A stretch of DNA of 64,000 nucleotides, taken from positions 806,001 to 870,000 of the forward strand of contig NW_026250406.1 in assembly GCF_024521635.1 (NCBI RefSeq), given 5' to 3'. The number at the start of each line of letters is the position of its first letter. The stretch's first letter is position 1. A program made the translations under genes and the position numbers. This DNA is from Tricharina praecox. Lineage: Eukaryota. Shown here piece after piece: positions 14,501-26,447 of this stretch. The notes under the pieces are model-generated. The model had not been told where the DNA came from and searched no databases. It saw nothing but the letters and a program-made list of their open reading frames with translations.

Positions 14501-15171
14501 CATGTGAGTAGGGAGCGAGTGATCGGTAATGATCATGATCATGGATTGTGAACAGCGTGGAAGAAGAAGCATAATTTGTGGTTCGAAAAACTGCCTGGAA
14601 AAGCACGGGGAAGGGGCGAGACTGAGACGGATGAGCTGGGTGGAGTGGCCTGTATTGCCGCCGCCGAAGGTTGGTAAAGCCGGATAAACAAAGGCAGGTG
14701 CCAAACGGAGTGTCCACAAAGCATTGAGCTTCCCTCCTCCGTCCAGACACATACATCCGTAGTGTAACCAGGCATGGAACGTGTTAGTTCACACATAGCA
14801 CGGCCCGATTCGCTAAGGTAGAGCCCAGAACAACCCTAATCCGTCTCACGCTCACGAGTCACACGCGAGCGGCGAGCCAGGAGTCAGGACAAGCAGTCAG
14901 GGAGTCAGGGACTCAGGGTGCCGAAGCCGCTGTCTCGGACAAATATTCCATGGCATTTTTCACATCCGTTTATCCGCGCGTTTGCTTCGGCTGCATTTTG
15001 CCAGGGTCGAGTAGCGTACTCCAGGTACCTACTGCGACACGCATTGTGAATTTGTGATACCATCAGATCAGATCAACAAACACCCGAATCGCGTCTTCCC
15101 AGGGCCCGCAGCAGCAGCAACGAACGACAACAAAGGTAACCACAGAGCAACCACAGAGCAACCACAGCGCC

Positions 15172-16488
15172 ATGCGTCCGCGCAAAGTTCCCCTAACCTC
15201 GCTATCGCACTCCCTCGTAGTTCCGCACACACGGGAGACACGGCGACTATTCACGCGGCTGAGCAAGGTCTCGCTCCTCGCGCTGGCCAAGCGCTGGCTG
15301 GACCCCGAGCACGTCAAGCATTTCTCGCCCAACCTTGTTCTTCCGCCGCCAGACGACGAGGAGGAGCTCTCGCTCGAAGAGGCGCAAGAGGTCTATGCGG
15401 ATTTCGAGAAAGAGAATGCAATACGTGCGAAGGATGTCGCCGAACGAATGCTGGAAATGGAGTGGCGCGATGGTGCTACGCTCCTCGCGATTGCCGAGCT
15501 GGAGTGGCAGTGTACCGACCTCCCACCCTCCTCTGCAACGTGCCGCTGGCTGCAGCAGCTAATACGCGATATACCAGACCTGATCGATCACCCCTCCTCG
15601 AGCAAATGGCAATCCTTCCTGCTGTCACCGCTGAGCACCTCTCACACACCTCTCCGCCCACGATTCTATACGCCGACCTTCCTATCCACCCTCCAATCCT
15701 CCCTGAAACCCCTGCAAACCGCCCACTTCTTCTCCGCCTTGCACCCGTCTCTCCTCTCCCTCACCGTCCTGCGCATCTCGCTGCACTCCCCATACACCCC
15801 CCCCTCCTACCCCCCCACCAAGCGTTCCAGTTCCATCTTCTTCCTCGCCTTCCCCTCGGGCAGCGACCATGTCTTCACAACGCTGGGGGCCAGCAACACC
15901 GATGGTCTGCGCGACAGCGTGCTGGCAGCGATCGCGCACGCCGTCTCGCGCCCGCACTGCAGGTTCGCACTGAAACCGGGACGCTTCGTCGCAAAGACAC
16001 TGGAGAGCTTGTGTTCGCACCGCGGCGCGGGGGACGGCGCTGGCGGGCTGGGCGCAGGTTGGAGCGTTTATCTCGACGGCTTTGAGAGTAGTCCGCTGGC
16101 GGTGCCGAGGGTGGTGCAACCTGAGGATGAGGACGGGGAAGAAGGGGAGGAGAGGAAGCGCAGGAAGATGGTCAAGGCGAGGTTTGGAGCGACGGGTGTG
16201 GCAGGCGATGGACGTGCAGTCGAGAGCGCGTATTTTGAGGTTGATGAGATGTTCCCCAGTGCGTGCAAAGGGAAAGGGAAGGATGTGTTCCGGCCCACGA
16301 TTGGCGTGCGGTTGATGGGCGCGCATGTCTTTGCGGGGGTGCGTGCGATGGCGGAGAAGAAGGGGGGCGGAGCTGTCGTCGAGAAGTTGCCGGGCTGGAT
16401 GCTCGGCGAGGAGGGCGTCACCAGCGGGATCATCAGGAATCGGAAACTGCTCAGGAAGATGGCCGATGGGAAGTTTAGTAAAGCGTAA
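15172..16488 (+). CDS. CHL4: Kinetochore protein Chl4/Mis15 (CENP-N family); in-frame intron 15512-15577
   Basis: RLSKVSLLALAKRWL, EWRDGATLLAIAELEWQY, RFYTPTF, RGAG..GAGWSVY...ESSPL and GAHVFAGVR..LPGWMLGEEGVT resemble fungal CHL4-family proteins. Confidence 0.8.
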   Translation: MRPRKVPLTSLSHSLVVPHTRETRRLFTRLSKVSLLALAKRWLDPEHVKHFSPNLVLPPPDDEEELSLEEAQEVYADFEKENAIRAKDVAERMLEMEWRDGATLLAIAELEWQCTDLPPSSATCRWLQQLIRDIPDLIDHPSSSKWQSFLLSPLSTSHTPLRPRFYTPTFLSTLQSSLKPLQTAHFFSALHPSLLSLTVLRISLHSPYTPPSYPPTKRSSSIFFLAFPSGSDHVFTTLGASNTDGLRDSVLAAIAHAVSRPHCRFALKPGRFVAKTLESLCSHRGAGDGAGGLGAGWSVYLDGFESSPLAVPRVVQPEDEDGEEGEERKRRKMVKARFGATGVAGDGRAVESAYFEVDEMFPSACKGKGKDVFRPTIGVRLMGAHVFAGVRAMAEKKGGGAVVEKLPGWMLGEEGVTSGIIRNRKLLRKMADGKFSKA

Positions 16489-16818
16489 TAGGCGGGATGC
16501 GGCTCCCCTCTGATGTTCGTTCGTTCTATATTTCTATGTGGGCGTGTTTTGCTTCTGTGTATATGCGGGTAGCTGGTGTTTGGTGGTTTTGGTGCTCTTG
16601 TAATTTGTTTCCTTTGCTTGGTCACTTGTGTGTACGATACGATAGCGTGCGAGACGGGAATGGCAGTAGGTATTATACTATCATATGCATCTATCGAAGA
16701 ATCATGGAATCTGCAGGCTCCCTTCCCATTTGATCTAGGTAGCTATCAACGCCGTAAAAAAAAACAGTAACATGTCAACAATCAACAATCAACAGTAAAT
16801 GCCCTCGTGCAATCGGTA

Positions 16819-18527
16819 TTACTCCTCGATCTTGAAGCACACCTTCTCCGGCACCATGGTCGCCAGATCGACAATAACAATCTCACCAGTCTGATCAAAC
16901 CTGGGAACCAAGATGATTCTAACCTTCTGACCATCGACTCCTACGCAATTATTAACTTAACCCCCCACTCGTCGTCGTCGTCAGAGGAAGCAGATGACAA
17001 GAAAATACCTTCAACGACCGACGTCTCATACTTCGGCTGATTTCCGACTATGAGAACATGCGGGCACTCTCCATCGTGGAGCACAAACGGATCGTCCTCC
17101 TGGAACGGATAGCTCCAGAGGGTATCCGGGGCAGTCGGCGCAATGTTCCTCCAACGCAGGAGCCGCTCACACATGACCAGCCTGTCGGTGCCCTCAACGT
17201 ACTTGTACATGTCGTCCAAGTTCTGTCCGCTGGTGGCAAGGAACGTGGCCCCGTCGATGTCGCCCAGCCACGGGTTCGTGACGCGCTCGAGCGTGGAGCC
17301 GTCGTAGAGCTTGGCGGTGGGGAAGAGGGCGGCGTGGAGGCGCTGCTGAGGCATCGAGATGTTGGCGGGGTCGAAGGAGCCGGGCATTATTGTAACTCCG
17401 ATCGAGGGCAGCAGGGAGGATAGGATTGCGTCGAGGGCTTTGGTGGGGCCTGGATTGTAGGCAGCGGCATCGTAGCCGTATTTCGTGGCCCGGGCATCGC
17501 GCGCTTCCTCAGTATTCTTGTCGTCGATCGGGTTGTGAGCCTCGCCGAGTGAGTTTCCGGCGAGAATCAACTGTGAGATGGTGGCTGCGTCTCGGTGGTC
17601 CTCGTCACCTCCGGCTTCTCCGAGAAGGTACTCCACGAGTAGATGTGTTTCCAGCCCCTCGTATTGCGAGCCGCTGATTCCCAATCCACTCGCAATCGCC
17701 ACCCTCTTTCGTGCCACTCCTTTCGGCTGCAACGGTTTCTGCGATGGCAGGTCCGGAATCTTGACATCGACTACACTAAAGTCTCCATTCGCATTTTCCG
17801 AGCCGAGCACAGAAACAATCACACCAGTCACCAACTCATGCGTCTCCAGCACACTACCGGTAAGTCGTAGTCGTCCGGACTCGTCTTCGAGGGTGACCTG
17901 GTCTACGTTCGGGTCGACGAACTTTTCTCTCGGTAAAACAGGCACAGTGAAGTGGTCTTTTACGATGTCGTTGAGAATGTTGGGCTTCAGAGGCATATCC
18001 ATGTATATCGTTCCGGTGACCCAGCACAGCTGACCTGTTTTTGGTCAACACAATGCATCGACACGAAGAGAGGTGTCACGAACCTTGCCGAACATCCAGT
18101 ACCCTCTCGACTCCTTGTGCTTTCTCGCCGGCGACCTAGTTCCTTGACCATGTTACTATGCAATCCCCAGGTCTCTTTTTCTTCTTCTTCCTCCTCTGCT
18201 CCTCCGTTGCAGATACCCACCTCAAACTCCTTCCACGCCTCCTTCGCTAACTTCTCCACCACTGGCTTCAATATGGCCAGTCGCAGAAAGTACATGTCCG
18301 AGAACTGCTGCTGGTATGATTTTTCTTCGAGGGTGAAGCGGATCGAAGCTTGGTGGGTAGCCAGGGCTCTAGCTGTAGGTGTAGCTTGGGTCACATCTCT
18401 GTTAGAACCAGCGAAGTATCAGTCAATTGGATGATATAATATAGAGGTATAATTCTTTTTCGCCAGAAATAGTTTACCTTGGGCAATGGAGAAAGTCGTG
18501 GACGGCTGGTTCGGGGGCTGAAGCCAT
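16819..18527 (-). CDS. POL31: DNA polymerase delta small (B) subunit Pol31/Cdc1, 5 exons
   Basis: SYQQQFSDMYFLRL, GTIYMDMPLKPNIL, LEDESGRLRL, ILAGNS, MPGSFDPANISMPQQ, TNP, SGQNLDD, APTAPDTLWSYPF..DPF and CPHVLIVGNQ. The last exon reads VRIILVPRFDQTGEIV...EE*. Confidence 0.95.
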
Positions 18528-18583
18528 TGCGAATTTCGTGGATTTTGTGTGTAAGAGTGTGCCGTAGGGATGATGCAGGGAAG

Positions 18584-18729
18584 ACGCGACGAGAGACGAC
18601 TCGATTGCACGCACGCACGCGACATGTAAACTTCCGGGTTACAGTTTTCCACTTCAATCGAGCTTACCCGACGGACACCAACTTTCAGCCGTTGAGCTAG
18701 TCTAGTCAAGCGTCGATCACATTCGCGAC
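18584..18729. promoter_or_regulatory. Three MCB-like CGCG elements in the POL31/RNA15 divergent promoter
   Basis: ACGCGA at 18584 and 18617 and TCGCGA at ~18724, upstream of a replication gene. These are degenerate, not the perfect ACGCGT site. Confidence 0.35.
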
Positions 18730-19013
18730 TTCTTCCAAACAGCACCACCACACCCAACACCAACCCTCCAACCCTCACCACCTCTTCTTTCCACCCCACC
18801 ACCAACAAAGAGCCTTTGCAAAGCACACCGATCTATCCACCCAAGGCCTCGTCTTTTTCTTTCAGCTGTACTCTAGAGCCGGAGGGAGAGTGAAGGTTCT
18901 GGACTTTGTGTACTAAAGAAACTCCCACACGTTCCCATTGCATCACGTTCCTCTCTTCAAGTGCGTTGCTGTCCCGTGTTTTGTTGCTCTCCCCTCTTCA
19001 TACTACATCAATT

Positions 19014-19970
19014 ATGCCACCGAATCCCTCCTCCGACGCCCGTACAGCCGGCAAGATTGTCTTCGTTGGCAACATACCCTATGGTACCCTCTCCTTCCTC
19101 CTCCCCACGCCTTTCAGCGCCTCTCGGGTTGAAGAAGGCCAATGCTGACAGCTACCAGGTCTTACTGAAGAGCAAATCTCCGAGATCTTCGGCAGCGCCG
19201 GCCGGGTTCTCACCTTCCGTCTCGTCTACGATCGTGAAACCGGTCGTCCCAAAGGCTTCGGCTTCGCCGAATACAGCGACGCGGAGACCGCCGCATCCGC
19301 CGTCCGCAATCTCGACAACTACGAGATAATGGGCCGCAAGCTGCGCGTCGATTTCTCTCACGAAGGAAACGCCCCCGACGACGTCGATACCTCGGCATAC
19401 AGCCAGCAACCTCCGCCCCCACCCGCACCGATCATGCCGCCGCTTCCTCCGGGCGCAGACGTTCCTGCGGGGATTACGGCTCCGGATACAATCTCGCAGA
19501 CGCTAAAGCAGCTTCCCGTTCCGCAGCTTCTGGAGATCTTGGGACAGATGAAGACTTTGGTTCAGCAGGACCCTCTTAAGGCGACGGAACTCCTCCGCCA
19601 GGCGCCACAGCTTAGCTATGCTATCTTCCAGGCACTGCTGCTGATGAACCTCGTCGATACTGCCGTGTTGACGCAAGTTATCGAGAGTGCAGCTACTGGC
19701 CCCCCCGCTCCCGTTACTGCGTCGCCGGCTCCCACTCCGGTTCCCCCGCCTGCGCCAGTCCAGGCTCCGTACTATGCCGCACCAACTCCTCCGCAGCCGC
19801 CGCAGCCTCCTCAGCAGCAGCAGCAACAGGCACAGGATCCCCAGAGAGCCCAGCTCCTCCAGAGCGTCATGCATCTCACTCCCGAGCAGATCGCCGCGTT
19901 TCCGCCGGAACAGCAACAGCAGATTATGTATCTCAAACAGTCCCTCATGGCCGCTGGAGGTGCCATGTGA
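19014..19970 (+). CDS. RNA15: Cleavage stimulation factor CstF-64 / Rna15 (RRM, hinge, C-terminal domain), 2 exons
   Basis: VFVGNIPYG, DRETGRPKGFGFAEY, SAVRNLDNYEIMGRKLRVD; hinge LLRQAPQLSYAIFQALLLM; C-terminal LTPEQIAAFPPEQQQQIMYLK. Confidence 0.95.
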
Positions 19971-20402
19971 TTTGCCGGATTACTTTGATGTTTGTAACAC
20001 TATAATTCCAAACTTGCGATGTGTTTTACCTTCTAGCTAGAGACTGTGTGTTTGTCCGTTTGTTTGGTCCTTGTTCTCTGGAGTTGTCGGATCCGTCACT
20101 TTTTTCATTTGCCTTTTTTCTTTTCTTTCTTTCGGTATGGGTACAATCGGGTTGAGCAAAGTACCGTGTGGCTGTGTGTGGCGACTGTACTTTTCCGTAA
20201 CACATTGTTCGACGAGAATGAGATAATTGTCGATATTTTTTGTTCGCATATAACGTTAGGTGATTTTGCTTGTGAAATGCTTAGCATTACTGCTACAACT
20301 TGCTCGCTGACCCAATCCAGTATGCTGTGATAGAAGCACCGTGTATCCCAATTCTCATTGTGCATTGCCTCCACCAGCAGTATCAAGCCATCCCACCCTC
20401 CA

Positions 20403-21334
20403 TCACAACTTCTCACCCTCCGCAACCTCGCCTACCTCGACGATCTGATCCACACCCTGATACTCGGGAATATCCACGCCATACTTCTCGGCAATACCTG
20501 GCGGCACAAACCTGCCGCCCACAAAATGTCTGCCCCTATAGTACCTAACCAACGGCTTCGGCGCGGTCAAGCTCACCAGGGCATCGGGCATAAACCCCTT
20601 CGCGGGGCCATCCTCCGGAATCCCCGTCTCGACGCCCCAGCCACTAGGCGCGTCCACACTCGTCACTGGGACATTTGCATCGCGCATCGCCGCGATGACC
20701 GCGGGGAATGGCTCGCGGATCGGAGGCGAGAAACTGAACCCGAAGATCGCATCCACGACGTGGTGCGTGTCTTTCAACGCACCGTGGAAGTCTTCTGTGA
20801 AGGGCACGCCGAGATCGACCAGTTGCTGCGTGAGACGCTGGTATAAAGCGTTGGATGGCCGCTTCGGGTAGTACACCGTCGGCTGGTACTTGTAGTGCCA
20901 CAGGTGCCGCGCGCAGACAAGGCCGTCGCCGCCGTTGTTGCCGCTATGTAGTTGGGGGTTAGTGGATGAAAGGGGGGGAGGGAGGGAAGGGGGCATACGG
21001 CCCGCAGGCGATTAGGATCTTGCGGCCGGCGCTGGGAGGGTGGAGACGGTAGACTTTGGGCTGTTAAACACATAGCGTGGGAGCTGGGAGAGGAAAACGG
21101 ACTGGCTTGGGATACGGAGAGCCTGCGAGTATCGGGTCAGTTTATTGATCCCCGGGAAATGAAGGAGGAGAATAGTGTACCCGGCGAGCTCCATCAATTG
21201 GTCAAGTGAGAATGCGCCGGTGGACATGAGCTCTTTGTCAAGCTCGGCGGCGGCTTTGGCGGTGAGTGTCTGCTGAATGTCAGACCCTTTTTCGGGAGGC
21301 CATAGCAGGTGGTCTGGCATACTCGAAATGCCAT
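20403..21334 (-). CDS. NNR1: NAD(P)H-hydrate epimerase (YjeF_N), 5 exons
   Basis: Spliced product MAFRTLTAKAAAELDKELM..FSLDQLMELAGLSVSQA..CGPGNNGGDGLVCARHL..VDAIFGFSF..SVDAPSGW..LVSLTAPK..HFVGGRF. Confidence 0.93.
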
Positions 21335-21736
21335 TTTGCAATGTTTGAGATGCTCTCTGGTGGTATCAATGTATTTGAGTTGCAGCAAGTTGCAGTTGAG
21401 GTGGAATATCGAGCTCGGTGTTGGATTGCGGTGACATCATTGCCTGGAGGAAGTCAATATTACGAAATACACAGGGCTCTTTGGTTTATTCTCAATTTAC
21501 CTCCTGAGACCTCAATTCTTCGGGATCCGTAGAGCAAAATAGAAGTCCTCTATTCCTTCATCAGACTATCCTACTCCTGTAGGACCTGTGCCCCGCTGTT
21601 CCGCGACTCGCCTACTAGTCTCCCCACCAGCCACATTCACGCCAGTGCCGGTGCCACAACCTTCAAAAAGTTCACCACTTCACGCTGCATCTTGTCTACC
21701 TTACACCCACACCCCACCACACACGCCACAGCAACA

Positions 21737-22253
21737 ATGGTGATCCGACTCCGCCTCGCACGCTTCGGCCGTCGGCACGCGCCCGTCTACAACATCGTCG
21801 TCTGCCACGCACGGTTCCGTCCCCACGGTTCCCCACACCCGCCCCGCCAGCACTAACGCCGCAACAGAACCGCCCGAAACTCCAAGCCGATAGAAGTCAT
21901 CGGCACTTACGACCCCATAGCGAAGCCGCCGATCGACGGTGCTGGAAAGCCGGTGAAGGATATACAACTGGATACGACGCGAGCGAAGTATTGGTTAGGT
22001 GTGGGCGCGCAGCCGAGTGATACGGTCTGGCGATTAATGTCGATGGTTTGTTGGTCCGGCGGGAGGGGAGTAGAGGAATGTGAGGTAGGGGCTGATGCTG
22101 CGATAGTTCGGCTTGATTGAACCGCAGTGGCAGATACAGAGGATTTTGGCTGCCGGGAAGGAGGAGATGGTTCGGAGTCGGAAGCCGAAGCTGCAGGAGA
22201 ATTTGAACGAGACGGTGGAGACGACAGTAAAGCCAAAGGAGGCGACGCAGTAG
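21737..22253 (+). CDS. MRPS16: Mitochondrial ribosomal protein S16, 3 exons (absent from the ORF track)
   Basis: Spliced product [42 protein letters not shown]...TRAKYWLGVGAQPSDTVWRLMSMFGLIEP, the bS16 signature. Confidence 0.95.
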
Positions 22254-22421
22254 GCGCTGCTGCCTGCCGAGGCTGCTGCTGTATTATAGGTACCCAGGGT
22301 GTACAACTGCTATCTACAGACTGCCTGATGGATGTATGGATTGTACATGCAGTAGAAAAGAGAAAACACAAGATTTCCGGAACTCCACAACTCCAATAGC
22401 CGAGACAGAAGGAAACATCAA

Positions 22422-23139
22422 TTAGTCTTCGTTAACCTCCCCTTCCTCTCCGCCTTCCATCACCTCGTCCTCACCTTCACTCTCCACCTCACTCCCCAGC
22501 AAACTCTCCCTCGGCTCCAACTCCTCCGCATCCTCCAGCATTGCCCGAGTCATCATCCGCGGCAAGGCTATGTCACACACCCTCTCCTTTGTCAACAGCT
22601 CATCAATGAACTCATCCATATGACTGAGCCTCCACCCGCCCAACCCCCTAACCCTTAGCTTCCTGAAGTCCCCCATAAGTGGTTCCAGCGTTTTAAACAC
22701 GTCGACGGCGTTCCAGGTGAGACGGATATATATCGCGGCCAATGCACGCAGGTACTTGAAATCCGGATCCTCGAGGTACGCCATGATGATCTCGCGCTCA
22801 GGCTGCAGCTGAAGCATCTTCAAGAGTAGCGAGATGAATGGCGTGGGCTTTTGGTTTCCGTACTGTCCGCCGATGTATGTGAGTTCTGTTGCGCGGTCGA
22901 GGAGCGTGGCAGCGTTTAATCCGAAGCATTGTTCTTTCCAGTAGAGGGAGTCGAGGATCCGGTCTCTGCGTGCTATTAGTTTCCTGTCTCTTGTGCGCCG
23001 GGGATGAGCTTGGTTACCGTAAGATTTTCTCGACAAGAAGTAGCGGGTTCACGCCATGGAATGTCTGGCCTTCATAGAGACCACGGGAATCCAAAAGCCC
23101 TTTCGCGTCCGCGAGATGTGCCTTGCTGTCGCCACCCAT
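22422..23139 (-). CDS. PRP38: Pre-mRNA splicing factor Prp38, 2 exons
   Basis: HGVNPLLLVEKILRDRILDSLYWKEQCFGLNAAT, KPTPFISLLLKMLQLQP, DFKYLRALAAIYIRL and HMDEFIDELLTKERVCDIALPR. Confidence 0.95.
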
Positions 23140-23331
23140 TATTGTGCGCGTGTTTTGTGGTGTATAAAGTTTGAGATGCGGTGCAGCGATTCCACTTGCG
23201 TTGGTAGAGCGCGCCAAGACTTCGGGTAGACATCAACCACGCACGTCTTCCCCAGACTTTCATCTTCACTCACCTCCGACCTAGCACAAGCAAGCTCTAC
23301 GAAACCAACTGCGCGATTACGAGAAACGACA

Positions 23332-24214
23332 ATGGTACGTCTCACGTACACCCCGAGCCAAACTCCCACGGCTAATACTCTATGTAGGCACGAAACAGTG
23401 AAAAGGCGCAGTCAATGCTGTTTCGCTTTCGCGAGCAGCAGGCGGCAGATTTGGGGATCATCGACGCGGGGCGCACACGGTACTATTCACGCGCATGAAT
23501 CCACCGAACTCTAGCTAACGGAAGCCTACAGACGACCAAAAGTAATCACGGAACAGAGCTCGATCCCATCGTGTGAGAAATGGCGAGGCCAGGTGGTGAA
23601 GGAGATTTCGCGGAAAGTGACCAAGATCCAGGACCGTTTGTACCCCCACGCGCCGTTGCCATTCAGCTCGGGCTGACATACGGTGCGCAGCGAGTTTATC
23701 CGACTACCAAATTCGCGACCTGAACGACGAGATCAACAAGTTGATGCGGGAAAAACACATGTGGGAGGTTCAATTGCGCAATCTCGGTGGGCCCAACTAT
23801 ATGCGCTTCGGCCCGCGGATGTATGATGAGGACGGACGGGAGGTGCCGGGTGCTCGCGGCTACAAGTATTTCGGACGGGCCAAGGAGCTGCCTGGTGTTA
23901 AAGAGCTCTTCGAGGAGTTGAAGCCCAAGGAAAAGCCGGATCCGAAGGAAGAGGGGAAGAGAAGAGCTGAAATGAGGAAAAATGTTGATGCGGACTATTA
24001 TGGGTATAATAGGGATGAGGAGGACGGTGTGCTGCTGGAGTATGAGAGGAGGAAGGAGCTGGAGGCGATGGAGAATGTGGGGTTGAGTGGACAGGGAGAA
24101 CCGCCGAGGGACTGGGTTGAGATACCGAGTGGCTGGAAGGTGCCGGATTTGAGTGAGGTTAATGAGTTCTTGGTGGAGAGGAGGAAAAGCAGGTTACTGG
24201 CCAGGTTGGGATAG
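23332..24214 (+). CDS. ISY1: Pre-mRNA splicing factor Isy1 (NTC), 4 exons; the first coding exon is only the ATG
   Basis: Spliced product M|ARNSEKAQSMLFRFREQQAADLG..RRPK..CEKWRGQVVKEISRKVTKIQD..LSDYQIRDLNDEINKLMREK..LGGPNY..GYKYFGRAKELPGVKELF..YYGY. Confidence 0.96.
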
Positions 24215-24502
24215 CATGGAATTGTTACGACACGGAAGGAGTGCTGTTTGATGGAGAGAGGTACTTTTAAGCATTATATTAACGGATTGATTGATGAGGT
24301 ATGGAATTATTAGTAATGATTAAAAGCGGAACATTTGATTCACTTCATGCACGAGTGTGTGGTCCCTCGGCTGACGTTTCTTGATTCCCTATGCGGCCAG
24401 CCATGCGTATAGCTACACTTACTTAACTCGAGTGCCCAAATTTTGATTTCACACTCCTCCATACCACTCTCCTGGTCATCCTCCTATCCAACAATTATCC
24501 TC

Positions 24503-25886
24503 ATGGCTCACCCAGTTGGTGGCGCCCGCCAGTTCCCCCACAACGGCCCCGAACCTTTCCGTCCACATAGACACCACGATCCCTTTTACTGGACAAACAA
24601 GCTCCGCGCATTGGGGTCCACCTCTCAAATCCTCCCCCATCAGTTCAAAAATGAAAAAACCAAGCCCTTTTTGTGGCGCCGCTGCACTCTCGAGCTCCAG
24701 CCACAACCCAAAGAACCCCTACCACGCTGGATTCAGGCCAAAGCTCAGGCAATGGTCCTTTTCCCCCCTACTCCTCCTAGTCCACCGCCGAAACCGAAAC
24801 CGCTGGAATGGTGCGGGATTAAACTGGAGAGTGCAATTGTCTACCCGACCTCGCTGGCGTTACTGGCACCCGCCGAGAGCGCACACCTATTCAATGGCCG
24901 GAAACATGCGAGGTGGTATAGGAAGCTGGTAGATGCTCTGGACAGGAAGAAGGAGATGGTCGAGGTGTGGGTGAAGGAAGATTCGCAGGCGGAAAAGATC
25001 CGGAGGACCGACCTACGGAGGGGGGAGAGCGATATGTTTCATGAAGAATTCTTGCAGATCTTGGAATGGGGGAAACCCAGTGAGTTTTGCGAGACTGCGG
25101 AGGTGTTTCCACAATGCTGATGTGACCGGAACAGGTTGTATTCTTGCCTCAAGCGCACAAGAGTTAGAGACGATCAAGCAGCGATTTAGCTCCGAAAACT
25201 GGACCTCGAATTTCCCCACCATCAACCTTTTCCTCGAAAAGTATCCGAACCGTACCATCACCTGGGCTGTCGACCACTTCTACAGATGGCAGCAGGGGCG
25301 TTACGTCGTTGCCGAAGAACTGACAAAGATCAAACATCTCTGGGAGTGGTACGAGACATGCTATACCTTCCAATGCGTCGTGCAGGCACTACGGAGAGAG
25401 CACGCCGCATCGTGGGAATCGTGGTTCTATTGTCTTCGCCAGAAGATGGAGCGTATGCCGGATGAGCAATGCAGGAAACGGAACCAGTTCCAGCGGCTAA
25501 AGGAGATATGGCAGCACTGCATCGACAACCAGATCGAGTTTCCGGTAGATATTTGTCCGGGTGGCATGACCCCAATGGAATATTTCCAGTTGGCGGGAGG
25601 TGGTGGCGCTGCCGCCCTCCTTGGCAGGAGCCGTTCGCGCGTGATAAGCCCGCAGATGCTGGATGAAATTGCTGTGATGATGGCCTATGAGACACCCGAA
25701 GAGTACTACACGGCCGTCGGAGAATGGCCTCTCGATTTCGACGATCCCGACTTCATCTTTGACGATCACAGCGATACCGCCAGTGTGGACTTTGATGAGG
25801 GCATCCCCGGCAAGCCTGGGAATGCCGAATCATTGGTTATGCCCGGAACCTATCCGTCCAGTCATTTTGTAGGTGGCCCGGAATAG
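24503..25886 (+). CDS. Hypothetical protein, ~442 aa; intron 25080-25134; possible further exon 25926-26003
   Basis: A GTGAGT..GCTGAT..ACAG intron joins two long ORFs into one frame (1329 nt spliced). No family motif recognised. Confidence 0.65.
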
Positions 25887-26447
25887 GAATTAGTGGTGGT
25901 GGTGCTAATAAAGTACGAGTGACAGGAACTGGAACCTCGAAGGATCAACACGGCGGAATTGCATGATTCGTTGGGTGGTGGAATGAGGCGTGGAGGAGCG
26001 TGAGGGTATATCGTCGTCCTTGTTTTGTTTTCCTAGTGGTGAGCGACTGACTGATGTTCCTGTAGGGTGAGTGGCCATTGGGCTTACACCCTTAGTCAAA
26101 CGGAGCGGTGGGGATACGATTGGGGAAGGGGGGGGAGTAAAGTTAATGAGCGAGTGATGGGCAGAGACTGTCCCTATTCTTAAAATGTGTCCCAACTGGC
26201 CTGTGTATTCATGGCAGGAGAACGCTTGGGCCAAAATTGAATGCATTATCAGGAACGGCTAATCAGACGGGAGCTCCATGATTATGATATCACTACAACC
26301 ACCACTTGTAGGGTCATATCTTCAAAATTCCGGCTATGCGGACAATAACTGACATACCCGCCGGCAGTTAAGTACAAAATTCTATTCACATCCCCACCCA
26401 CTAAAATAACCAAACTCCAAAACGCCAACCCAAAATTCATACGTAAC

